Virus genome (UHGV): UHGV-0068632
Source of the DNA: a virus
Reading direction: 5' to 3' (one strand)
DNA length: 16,884 bases
Below, piece after piece: positions 6,434 through 14,632 of the stretch. The position numbers and the translations under genes were made by a program. Position 1 is the stretch's first letter, and every line of letters begins with the position of its first letter. Under the pieces are notes generated by a model. The model did not search any database. It worked only from the letters and a program-made list of their open reading frames with translations, and was not told where the DNA came from.

Positions 6434-6547
6434 TTCCATTTCCATTAACGCTATATTTTCTGCTATCGTTTTCCAGTCCAGATCTACAGCATGAACACCA
6501 AATACTATCAATCCCATTGCGATTAGTGCTAAAACTTCGATTTTCAT
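6431..6547 (-). CDS. Small putative membrane protein, 38 aa (MKIEVLALIAMGLIVFGVHAVDLDWKTIAENIALMEME)
   Basis: Found by hand. RBS gtgagg 6 nt upstream of the ATG at 6547. The hydrophobic N-terminal segment predicts a single transmembrane helix. The stop overlaps the terminator tail. Confidence 0.45.
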   Translation of the reverse strand: MKIEVLALIAMGLIVFGVHAVDLDWKTIAENIALMEME

Positions 6548-6638
6548 AATCAACCTCACTTAATTAAGAAAGGCATAAACGATGGCAATCGCGCCAGCCA
6601 CTACCAAAACATTTCGATCACTTCGTCTACTTTATTGA

Positions 6639-6842
6639 TTAAGGTAACTCCACTTCGTTAAATGTAACAAGCACCCCTTGATTTTCTTTATTTATAATTA
6701 TGAAGGCATTAATTGAAGGCAGACATCTTTCCACGCGGTAAACGTCACCAATATCTAAACTGTAATATTCTGTTAATTCTCTATTGTTCCCTTTAGCAAA
6801 ACCCGTAAACCTAACCATTTTTTGACCGTCGTACTTTAACAT
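6639..6842 (-). CDS. Hypothetical protein, 67 aa, cassette 3
   Basis: ORF in the track. RBS agga 6 nt upstream of the ATG at 6842. Lies 9 nt downstream of the preceding gene's stop. No family recognised. Confidence 0.65.
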   Translation of the reverse strand: MLKYDGQKMVRFTGFAKGNNRELTEYYSLDIGDVYRVERCLPSINAFIIINKENQGVLVTFNEVELP

Positions 6843-6850
6843 ATACAGTC

Positions 6851-7099
6851 CTATAGGTTATCACGCAGATAATTAACGCCTTTGTCAGTGACGAATGAGT
6901 GATTAACCTGGTTTTCATCCGTCATGATGATGAATGACTTTTCCTGTAGGTATTTCGCTTTTGGGTACAGCGTTAAACAGACCTGGTACAGTATCCCGCG
7001 CTCAATCAGCAAATCAATAAATTCGTGCTCATGATAACCGACGAGGCGGGCGGCTTGTTTCAACGTGTACACATAATCGCCGTGATTGCGCCGCCCCAT
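6851..7099 (-). CDS. Hypothetical protein, 82 aa, possible helix-turn-helix DNA-binding protein
   Basis: ORF in the track with RBS aaggcgg upstream. The segment YTLKQAARLVGYHEHEFIDLLIERGIL has the spacing of an HTH motif of the excisionase/AlpA-like type. Judged by eye only. Confidence 0.6.
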   Translation of the reverse strand: MGRRNHGDYVYTLKQAARLVGYHEHEFIDLLIERGILYQVCLTLYPKAKYLQEKSFIIMTDENQVNHSFVTDKGVNYLRDNL

Positions 7100-7108
7100 G
7101 TTGCCGCC

Positions 7109-7456
7109 TTATTTATCGAATGCGCCCAGGTTATCTATGCAGAAGTCTTTCGCAGCTTTTTCGTATTCGCGTTTTGCTTGCGGATCGTCTGCCGGGAAAC
7201 CTTTTGCGTGTATTTCACCAGGGCAAGACTGATCCATAGAATCAGCAAATTCAACATTGACGTTAAAGTTAATATCTTTCGGATTCATGTTTTCCACCTC
7301 ATCAATTATCTGCACCGGATTAGCGGCATATTTCACTGGATGGCCTAAACTACATTCAAGAATCCTTCCTTCTTCCAAAGCTGCCTCTTCGCTATCAAAT
7401 AATCCGAAACACTCCTTGCAACCACTTAACCACACATCAAGACTATATTTTTGCAT
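7109..7456 (-). CDS. Acidic hypothetical protein, 115 aa, cassette 3
   Basis: ORF in the track. RBS gagagg 8 nt upstream of the ATG at 7456. About 23 Asp/Glu against about 11 Lys/Arg (net charge near -12). Contains a CxxC pair (CKEC). No family recognised. Confidence 0.7.
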   Translation of the reverse strand: MQKYSLDVWLSGCKECFGLFDSEEAALEEGRILECSLGHPVKYAANPVQIIDEVENMNPKDINFNVNVEFADSMDQSCPGEIHAKGFPADDPQAKREYEKAAKDFCIDNLGAFDK

Positions 7457-7468
7457 TTCGTTAACCTC

Positions 7469-7624
7469 TCATTTGACAGGTTCGATTCTGTACCCCAAAA
7501 CGCGTTCGTCTTCAGCGAGTAATAGCGCGTCAGTCAGTGCCTCGCCTTCGTCTTTATACAGAGCTACAGTCATTTCCCTGCCACCTGACAGGAATACCTT
7601 CAACCTCCACACCTTATCAGCCAT
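7469..7624 (-). CDS. Small hypothetical protein, 51 aa (MADKVWRLKVFLSGGREMTVALYKDEGEALTDALLLAEDERVLGYRIEPVK), first gene of cassette 3
   Basis: Strong RBS ggagg 6 nt upstream of the ATG at 7624. The track's 76-aa version starting at 7699 has no RBS and extends into the promoter region. Stop lies 12 nt upstream of the next gene. Confidence 0.55.
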   Translation of the reverse strand: MADKVWRLKVFLSGGREMTVALYKDEGEALTDALLLAEDERVLGYRIEPVK

Positions 7625-7628
7625 CTCA

Positions 7629-7739
7629 CACCTCCGCGCCATTTTGTTAACTGTGCTTCCGTTTGAGTAAAATATACATATTGTATAAACCGCGATCAAT
7701 CCATTTTGGTATGATTTAGCGTGACGCAGATCACAAAAT
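7629..7739. promoter_or_regulatory. Divergent promoter/operator region carrying the shared motif family
   Basis: Motif variants at 7629-7641 (ccattttgttaac), about 7669-7681 (catattgtataaa) and 7701-7715 (ccattttggtatgat, containing the extended -10-like TGGTATGAT). agatcacaaaat at 7728-7739 is identical to 15004-15015. Confidence 0.4.
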
Positions 7740-7753
7740 CAGAAGGTGAGAAA

Positions 7754-8458
7754 ATGCGCAATATACCTACAGAGATGATTATTGATTCCGTGGACGCTGG
7801 TGTGGGCGCGGTGATTGACTTGTTCGAACTGGACTTGTCGCCCCTGGGTGGCGAGGTTATCCGCTTCCATTCCGGCGCGAATGGCTATTACGGCCCGGTT
7901 ATCTGGAAGGGATTAACTTACAACAGCTACCCGATCGAGGCTACTGGCTTCGAAATGAAAAACGAGGGCGTTTATTCGCGGCCTCAAATGGTTGTAGCCA
8001 ATATCGGCGGGCTAATCACAGGGATGAATAACGACTTCAACGACCTGCGAGGAATGAAGGTTACGCGCCGCCAGGTGGAAGTAAAATACCTGGACGCCGT
8101 TAACTTCCCAAACGGCAATCCAGACGCAGATCCATCTATTGAGGCTGTATCTTTTTACGTCGTGGAGGCCATGAGCGAGGAAACAGCGGATCAGGTGCAA
8201 TATGAGCTGTCAACGCCAATTGATGCTGATAAGGCCGTTATCCCTGGGCGCACCATCCTTGCTGACGTTTGCCAGTGGCAATACAGAGGCGACGGGTGTA
8301 TGTACGCTGGCGGACCAGTAGCAAACGATAAAGACGAGCCGACAAGCGATCCTAAAGCCGACAGATGCAGCCACCGTCTAAGCGGTTGTCGTTTGCGTTT
8401 CCCGCGTCCAAATCCGTTACCGATTTCCTGTTTCCCTGGTTCCAGTAAGGTAGGTTAA
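7754..8458 (+). CDS. Minor tail protein, lambda gpL-like, about 234 aa
   Basis: Extended match to my recollection of lambda gpL: TGFE, SRPQ, GMxxDxxxL, VTRRQV, FLDAVNFPNGN, AVxPGRxxLAxxCxWxYRGDxC, CSHRLSGCRLRF. The ATG at 7754 follows gaaggtgag; the track's start at 7721 is a GTG inside the conserved leader motif. Confidence 0.9.
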   Translation: MRNIPTEMIIDSVDAGVGAVIDLFELDLSPLGGEVIRFHSGANGYYGPVIWKGLTYNSYPIEATGFEMKNEGVYSRPQMVVANIGGLITGMNNDFNDLRGMKVTRRQVEVKYLDAVNFPNGNPDADPSIEAVSFYVVEAMSEETADQVQYELSTPIDADKAVIPGRTILADVCQWQYRGDGCMYAGGPVANDKDEPTSDPKADRCSHRLSGCRLRFPRPNPLPISCFPGSSKVG

Positions 8459-8460
8459 TC

Positions 8461-9192
8461 ATGGTAATGGAAGACAAAATGTTGCGTTATGCCGCCGCGC
8501 ATCCGTTTGAAGAAGTTTGCGGACTGGTAATAGATAACGAATATTTTTACCCGTGCGCTAACGTGTCTGAAACGCCCTACAACAGCTTCAAAATTTCGCC
8601 GGACGATTACATCAAAGCTGACGAATTGGGCGTTATAACCGCCGTTTTTCACTCTCACGTTGATGATATTCCGGTATTGTCGGCACGGGATCGACAACAG
8701 CAGGTTATTTCAGGACTACCCTGGCTTTTGTATTCAGGCGGAAGGATCAGGAAATTCCGTCCGGTAGCGCACCTGTTAGGCAGAAAATTTGAACACGGGA
8801 AAACAGACTGCTACGCGCTTTTCCGCGACGCCTATCACCTTTGCGGCGTGGATCTGCCTGACTTCGAGCGCCTTGATGGGTGGTGGTTGCGTGGTGAAAA
8901 CCTGTATTTAAAAAACTTGCCTCTAAACGGGTTTTTCCAGGTTGACGCTAAAAGCATACAGCCTGGAGATGTAATTATCCGGCAGCCGTTTAAAGGCGCG
9001 GACCCATGCCACGCGATGATTTACCTGGGCGATAACACTGTTTTGCATCATGACAATGCCGGACTGCTAAGCCGCCGCGAGCAAATGCGGCCCGCTTATG
9101 TTCGACAAACGCATTCAATATGGAGATCTGATAAATGCTCAAATTTAGATTTACGGGCAATCTTCGAAGATATTACAGCAAAGTGTGTTTAA
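8461..9192 (+). CDS. Tail assembly protein, lambda gpK-like, with MPN/JAB and NlpC/P60-like domains, 243 aa
   Basis: N-terminal EEVCGLV plus HSHVDD...S..D, a JAMM-type metal-binding motif. C-terminal half has a conserved Cys (KTDCYALFRDAY) and His residues (HAMIYLGDNTVLHH), as in NlpC/P60 hydrolases. Lambda K has the same two-domain layout. Confidence 0.9.
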   Translation: MVMEDKMLRYAAAHPFEEVCGLVIDNEYFYPCANVSETPYNSFKISPDDYIKADELGVITAVFHSHVDDIPVLSARDRQQQVISGLPWLLYSGGRIRKFRPVAHLLGRKFEHGKTDCYALFRDAYHLCGVDLPDFERLDGWWLRGENLYLKNLPLNGFFQVDAKSIQPGDVIIRQPFKGADPCHAMIYLGDNTVLHHDNAGLLSRREQMRPAYVRQTHSIWRSDKCSNLDLRAIFEDITAKCV

Positions 9193-9665
9193 ACGTTGAA
9201 ACGCCAGCGCAAGGACTTCGCTTGTTGACCGCGCAGAATCAGGAATTCAAGAAGGCGTTTTTAAATACACCTTTGCGTTTACGAATTTCCGGGAAAGATT
9301 ACGACGAAAAGACCGCGCCCGCTGCGGTTAATAGCAAATATCCAGATGGGACTACGGTAATTATTGCGCCAATAGTGGAAGGTGGTATTGCAGGGATCGG
9401 TGTGGTCGGTTGGATTATGATCGGAATATCAGTTGTTAGTGTCGCATTTTCTATTTTCATGTCTCGCAACATGAAGGTGAAAACATCATCAGAAAGCGCA
9501 CAGGATAACACCATAACAAACAACAGTTACACCAGCATAGAAAACAGGGTGGGCCAGGGTAGACCAGTGCCAATTTTATTGGGTGAAATGAAAGTAGGTT
9601 CAAACGTCGGATCGTTAGGCATAGACACAACAAACAATAAAGACGCCTTAGACGTTGTAAGTTAA
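9135..9665 (+). CDS. Tail assembly protein, lambda gpI-like, 176 aa
   Basis: N-terminus LKFRFTGNLRRYY aligns with lambda I (ICLYGDLQRFG). Has the Gly/Ala-rich hydrophobic stretch and LLGEMKVGSNVGS, corresponding to lambda LYGEMRVGSRVVS. Overlaps the 3' end of the gpK-like gene by 58 bp in another frame, as in lambda. Confidence 0.85.
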   Translation: MLKFRFTGNLRRYYSKVCLNVETPAQGLRLLTAQNQEFKKAFLNTPLRLRISGKDYDEKTAPAAVNSKYPDGTTVIIAPIVEGGIAGIGVVGWIMIGISVVSVAFSIFMSRNMKVKTSSESAQDNTITNNSYTSIENRVGQGRPVPILLGEMKVGSNVGSLGIDTTNNKDALDVVS

Positions 9666-9679
9666 CAGGAGAAATAACC

Positions 9680-12600
9680 ATGAGTAGCGGCGGCGGCAAA
9701 GCAAAAACACCAACTTTAATTAACGATAATCTATATCACAAACAGTTTTATCGTGTACTCGACATTATTTCAGAAGGTCCGATTTATGGTCCTGTTAATA
9801 CCAATGCGCCATTAAACAGCGTAATGCTTAATGACACCCCTGTAACTGACGCGAACGGCAATACCAGCATCCCCGGTATTAGCGTAGCGTGGCGCAATGG
9901 TACGATAGATCAATCACCGATTAACGGTTTTAACGCCATTGAATCAACCGTTATTGTTAACGCACAGGTTAAACACGATACACCAATAATCAGGACCGTT
10001 TCCGATCCTAACGTAAACCGCGTTCGCCTGAATATCGGCGTCGATTCACTTGTACAATCTGACGAGCAAAGCAATCAACATAACACATCGGTTATGATGA
10101 TGATTGACGTGAAGCCTTCGTCTTCTTCTACGTGGACGCTTGTTAAAGACGTTACTATAGGCCCAGGTAAGATCAGCGGAGAATATCTTGAAGCGCATAT
10201 TATCAATGCACCAGATGAAAAACCGTTTGATATTCGCGTTCGCCGTGTAACCGCTGATAGCACAAGCGATCTGTTGCAGAATGATACGCGATGGAGTAGC
10301 TACAGCGAAATAATCGACGATAATTTGTCTTATCCTCACACCGCTGTAGCTGGCGCGGTAATTGACCATGATCAGTACGCTGACACGCCTACCCGCACCT
10401 ATCACCTTCGCGGGCTGATTGTTGATATTCCTGATAACTACGACCCGGAAAAGCGCACTTATTCCGGTTTGTGGCTTGGCGGCTTCAAACAGGCGTACAC
10501 CAATAACCCAGCATGGATCTTCCGCTATCTGGTTAAAAACGAGCGTTTCGGCCTTGCTCGTCACGCTGGCTATATTGACGTTGACGACGGCGCATTATAT
10601 ACGCTTTCTCAATACTGCGACCAGTTGGTTGATGATGGCTACGGCGGCCTTGAGCCTCGCATGACGCTTAACGCTTACATCACAGAGCAAATGAGCGCCC
10701 GCGACTTACTGGACAATATCGCCGGGATGTTCAGGGGTATCGCGTTATGGGACGGGCAACGCCTTACCGTGATGATTGATGCACCACAAGACCCGATCGC
10801 CACCATTACAAATGCAAATGTCGTTGATGGCGCGTTTACTCGTTCAAGTATCGCCCGCGCAGAATGCTACAACGCCGTGATCGTATCATGGACTGACCCG
10901 GAAAACGGATGGGAGCAATCAAAAGAGTATGTAGCAGACGATGAACTGATCGCCCGTGATGGTTACAACGAAACCACGTTAGAGGCGTTCGGGTGCACAT
11001 CACGCGGGCAAGCATACCGCGCGGGCAAGTGGCTGATAGAAACAGCAAAACGCGAGCCGTCAAAATTCACGTTTAAAATGGCGCGTGACGCGATTCACTT
11101 TACGCCAGGGGATATTATCGAGATACTCGACAATAACCGCGCAGGCGCTCGTTTAGGCGGCCGCATCGTTGCGAACAACGGCAAAGTAATAACGGTAGAT
11201 AAGGTTGACGCCAATTATATCGCCGCTGGGGATACAATCAGCCTTCTTGATAGCGATGGCAAGTTTAAAAAGCATCAGATCACCGGGGTGAGCGGAAACA
11301 AAATCACACTGGCGGCGGCCCCGTCATGGATTCGAAACGGCACTGTTTTTGCTGTATCCACTGAATCAGCAAAACCCGTTTTGTGCCGGATCACCAGTGT
11401 AGCCGAAACAGAAAATAACAGCGTGTACACCATCGAGGCCGCACAGCACGACCCGAACAAGCAAGCAGTGGTCGATGAAGGCGCAATATTTGAAGTCAAC
11501 AATGACACGCTTAACCATTTCCGCGTGCCGAACATTGAAAATCTGAAGGTGGTAAACATTGGATCGGAAACAATTCAATGTCGCGCCACATGGGAAACGC
11601 AGACAACAACGCATCGTATGACATTTGAGATCCGCATATATAATGCAGATGGTGCGGTGGTTAAAAGCTATGAAACAACGAAATACAGTTATGATTTTTA
11701 TGGCATTGACGCTGGCGTGTATTCTTTAGGGGTTCGCGGAAGAAATGACACTGGCATGAAGGGCGCGGAAAGTATTGTGGATCTGGTTATTGGTGCGCCA
11801 GCAGCGCCAATAGGTGTTAACTGGGTACCAGGTGTATTTCAGGCTACCGTATACCCGATAAGTAAGACAACGCTAACCACTGATACAGCGTATGAATTCT
11901 ACTATGCAGGGGAAAACCAGATCACAGATCCGGCAAAAATAACCACGGCGGCACAGTTTACCGGGCGCGGGTATCAGTGGACGTTCGGCGGAATGAACAC
12001 GGGCCATACTTATTACGTTTATGTGCGTACACGTAATGCTTTTGGCGTGTCAGACTTCGTTGAAGCATCAGGTAAGCCGACAGAAAATTTTGATGAAATT
12101 AGCGATTACGTCACCAAAGACGTGATGAATTCCGAACAATTTAAAGAAATGGTGGGCGACATTAAGGATCTTGGCGATCGCACTGACATTATCGAAAGTG
12201 CAACTCAAGACCTTAAAACAGCTACTGATACCCTAAGCGGAATAACTGAAGGCTTAAGAACTGATACTGATAATTTAATTACAGAAACAGAATCAATTAA
12301 AGCTGATACTGATTCCCTTAAAAAAGACACTGAAGACCTTTACAAGAAAGTCGAAGAAAACGCCGATGAAATAGGTAAACATGAGGTAAGAATTGACTCA
12401 TTAGAGGTATCAAGCGAAAACGTAGATAATGAACTGGCACAGACAAAAGCAAGCCTACAAAACGCATCGCTTGCTCTTATTAATAATTCGCTTGCTCAAA
12501 CTAATACCAGAAGAACGCTGACAGCTCAGATCAAAAACGTGGATTATGAAACTAAGGCGCAAATAGATCGCATTGATAACGTGATTGTCAGTGAAAAAGA

Positions 12601-14599
12601 AGCAAGAGCGGAGGCAATGGAGACAATTACCGCCGAAATCGACACGATGGATAAAAACATCAAAGGTGAGATTGCGCGCGTAGATACTGCCATTGCCAAT
12701 GAGAGCCAGGCAAGGGCTGATGCCATCAGTGAAGTTAGCGCAAACATTGACGCACTTGATAGTAAAACAGATGCCAGTGTTAATCGTCTTGATCAAGCTA
12801 TCGCAGATGAGGCCAGCGCACGCGCACAGGCTATCAGCAATGTCAATGCGAGCATGACAAATCTTGATAACAAGGTTACAAGCAACGTTTCTAGACTTGA
12901 TCAGGCAATAGCTGACGAATCAAGCGCAAGAGCAGAAGCCGATGATCAGTTAATAGCAAAAAGCGAAAAACTTGATGGTGATCTCGCTATGGCAAGGGCA
13001 AGCCTACAAAACGCTTCGCTTGCTCTCATCAATAATACATTGTCTCAGACAAAGACAAGGCGCACTCTCACAGCGGAGTTCAAACGCGGACAAAGTGAAA
13101 CTAAAGCACAAATTGACCGTATTGATAATGTCATTACTGACGAAAAACAGGCAACAGCGGAAGCGTTTGAAACTATCACAGCAGAAATGAACACGATGGA
13201 CTCAAACATTAAAGGAGAAATATCACGATTAGATAAAGTGATCGCGACTGAAACGCAAGCAAGATCTGAAGCTATAAGTAGTGTTAATGCAAGCATAAAG
13301 ACGCTAGAAAGCGACACTGAAGCCAGCGTTAACCGTCTTGATCAGGCAGTTGCTGACGAGGCCAGCGCCCGCGCACAAGCTATCAGCGGAGTAAATGCAA
13401 GCATCAGCACGCTTGATAGCAAGGTTACAAGCAATGTGACCCGTATCGACAAAGCTATTGCAGATGAGACGCAGGCCCGCACAGACGCAATAAGCAACCT
13501 TAACTCATCGCTTACCAGTACGATTAATTCTAAAGTATCTGAAGTATCAACAGCACTTTCTACGCATGAAGCATCAAGCGCGGAAAAATTCAGCCAGATC
13601 TCAGCGTCTTTCGAAGCTGTAAACTCAAGCATCACGGAATGGTCGCAGACCATGACAACGGCGGACGAGGCATTATCAACCAAAATTGATCAGTTAACAG
13701 TAACCGTTAATGGGAACACAACAGCGATCGAGACGACATCGAAAGCGTTAACCGACTTCAAAGGTAATGTTGATGCGTCATGGTCAATCAAGATTGCTAC
13801 TGATAACAACGGCATGAAATACGCTACAGGTATGTCGCTTGGCCTGACTGGTAGCGGGACTAACGTTCAATCGCAGTGTATTTTCCTCGTTGACCGCTTC
13901 GTGTTAATGACCGCAGCAAACGGCACATATACAACGCCTTTCTATGTGTCTAATGGTGCAATGTATGTGAAAGAAGCGTTTATTAAAAACGCATCAATAG
14001 GTACAGCTAAAATTGCAGATGCAGCCATTACTATGGCTAAAATTGTTAATGAAATAAAATCATCAAACTATGTTGCTGGTTCTAAAGGTTGGAGGATAAC
14101 ACAAAGCGGATCATCAGAATTTAACGATGTTGTGGTAAGGGGCGAAATCCATGCTAATAGCGGTAAATTCAAAGGAACTGTAGAAGCTACATCCTTTGTT
14201 GGTGATGTCGCATCTACTAACGTTATACCGCAATCATCATTCCCTGGGACAAGTACAAGCGGATCTCGATCTGTTACGAAGACGTATAAAGATTCATCAT
14301 CAAGCTCGCTTTCGAAAACAGTTTTCGTAATGATTCCTTACCATCTTACTTATTATACTTATTCAGGATCATCAACAATAAAAGTAACAATTGATATTAA
14401 TGGCAATAGCAAAACATATAACGTAGTAAGGGCGGCATCATCGCCTCAATTCGGATTTACGGTATCACATTGCGTAACTGGGATTACTGCTCAAACAGTT
14501 ACGATAAAAATAACAGAGGAATACACCAACACCGGAACATCAGCAGAAAGAAGGCCAGGTCTTGCACTTGTTACAAGAAGCTCAGGATCATGGTCATAA
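9680..14599 (+). CDS. Tail tip / host specificity protein, lambda gpJ-like, 1639 aa
   Basis: Collinear similarity to lambda J over the N-terminal roughly 800 aa (for example SEGPIYGPV, YHLRGLIVDIPDNYDPEKRTYSG, LSQYCDQLVDDGYGGLEPRMTLNAY, FGCTSRGQAYRAGKWLIETA). Followed by FN3-like segments, a roughly 480-aa repetitive coiled-coil region and a distinct C-terminal domain. Confidence 0.95.
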   Translation: MSSGGGKAKTPTLINDNLYHKQFYRVLDIISEGPIYGPVNTNAPLNSVMLNDTPVTDANGNTSIPGISVAWRNGTIDQSPINGFNAIESTVIVNAQVKHDTPIIRTVSDPNVNRVRLNIGVDSLVQSDEQSNQHNTSVMMMIDVKPSSSSTWTLVKDVTIGPGKISGEYLEAHIINAPDEKPFDIRVRRVTADSTSDLLQNDTRWSSYSEIIDDNLSYPHTAVAGAVIDHDQYADTPTRTYHLRGLIVDIPDNYDPEKRTYSGLWLGGFKQAYTNNPAWIFRYLVKNERFGLARHAGYIDVDDGALYTLSQYCDQLVDDGYGGLEPRMTLNAYITEQMSARDLLDNIAGMFRGIALWDGQRLTVMIDAPQDPIATITNANVVDGAFTRSSIARAECYNAVIVSWTDPENGWEQSKEYVADDELIARDGYNETTLEAFGCTSRGQAYRAGKWLIETAKREPSKFTFKMARDAIHFTPGDIIEILDNNRAGARLGGRIVANNGKVITVDKVDANYIAAGDTISLLDSDGKFKKHQITGVSGNKITLAAAPSWIRNGTVFAVSTESAKPVLCRITSVAETENNSVYTIEAAQHDPNKQAVVDEGAIFEVNNDTLNHFRVPNIENLKVVNIGSETIQCRATWETQTTTHRMTFEIRIYNADGAVVKSYETTKYSYDFYGIDAGVYSLGVRGRNDTGMKGAESIVDLVIGAPAAPIGVNWVPGVFQATVYPISKTTLTTDTAYEFYYAGENQITDPAKITTAAQFTGRGYQWTFGGMNTGHTYYVYVRTRNAFGVSDFVEASGKPTENFDEISDYVTKDVMNSEQFKEMVGDIKDLGDRTDIIESATQDLKTATDTLSGITEGLRTDTDNLITETESIKADTDSLKKDTEDLYKKVEENADEIGKHEVRIDSLEVSSENVDNELAQTKASLQNASLALINNSLAQTNTRRTLTAQIKNVDYETKAQIDRIDNVIVSEKEARAEAMETITAEIDTMDKNIKGEIARVDTAIANESQARADAISEVSANIDALDSKTDASVNRLDQAIADEASARAQAISNVNASMTNLDNKVTSNVSRLDQAIADESSARAEADDQLIAKSEKLDGDLAMARASLQNASLALINNTLSQTKTRRTLTAEFKRGQSETKAQIDRIDNVITDEKQATAEAFETITAEMNTMDSNIKGEISRLDKVIATETQARSEAISSVNASIKTLESDTEASVNRLDQAVADEASARAQAISGVNASISTLDSKVTSNVTRIDKAIADETQARTDAISNLNSSLTSTINSKVSEVSTALSTHEASSAEKFSQISASFEAVNSSITEWSQTMTTADEALSTKIDQLTVTVNGNTTAIETTSKALTDFKGNVDASWSIKIATDNNGMKYATGMSLGLTGSGTNVQSQCIFLVDRFVLMTAANGTYTTPFYVSNGAMYVKEAFIKNASIGTAKIADAAITMAKIVNEIKSSNYVAGSKGWRITQSGSSEFNDVVVRGEIHANSGKFKGTVEATSFVGDVASTNVIPQSSFPGTSTSGSRSVTKTYKDSSSSSLSKTVFVMIPYHLTYYTYSGSSTIKVTIDINGNSKTYNVVRAASSPQFGFTVSHCVTGITAQTVTIKITEEYTNTGTSAERRPGLALVTRSSGSWS
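12449..13546 (+). repeat. In-frame tandem duplication (2 x 549 bp, 183 aa each) inside the gpJ-like gene
   Basis: Unit 1 begins gcaagcctacaaaacgcatcgcttgctctt at 12449 and unit 2 begins gcaagcctacaaaacgcttcgcttgctctc at 12998. The proteins ASLQNASLALINNSLAQTNTRRTLTAQ... and ASLQNASLALINNTLSQTKTRRTLTAE... are collinear. Each unit holds three shorter repeats of about 36 aa of the RLDQAIADEASARAQAIS type. Confidence 0.8.
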
Positions 14600-14606
14600 A
14601 AAATAA

Positions 14607-14632
14607 CCCCGCTTCGCGCGGGGTTTTCTTTT
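14607..14632. terminator. Bidirectional intrinsic terminator between the J-like gene and the lipoprotein gene
   Basis: CCCCGC-ttcgc-GCGGGG at 14607-14623 followed by TTTTCTTTT. Lies 8 nt after the J-like stop codon, and the minus-strand lipoprotein stop overlaps the T-tract. Confidence 0.65.

Noticed and set aside
7025-8697. Track ORFs 7025-7348 (+), 7257-7670 (+), 8012-8200 (-) and 8455-8697 (-)
   Set aside because: Antisense to the RBS-supported minus-strand cassette genes or to the gpL- and gpK-like genes. No independent support.
12449-13546. Possible CRISPR array, suggested by the regular repeats
   Set aside because: The repeats are long (549 bp units with roughly 108-bp sub-repeats), diverged, in-frame and coding (coiled-coil heptads). 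There are no short identical direct repeats separated by unique spacers.
10046-13683. Numerous minus-strand and alternative-frame track ORFs inside the J-like gene (for example 10046-10564, 11275-11614, 12455-12796, 13045-13317, 13342-13683)
   Set aside because: Shadow ORFs within a gene with strong collinear similarity to lambda J. Those in 12449-13546 are a by-product of the repetitive Ala-rich coiled-coil coding sequence.
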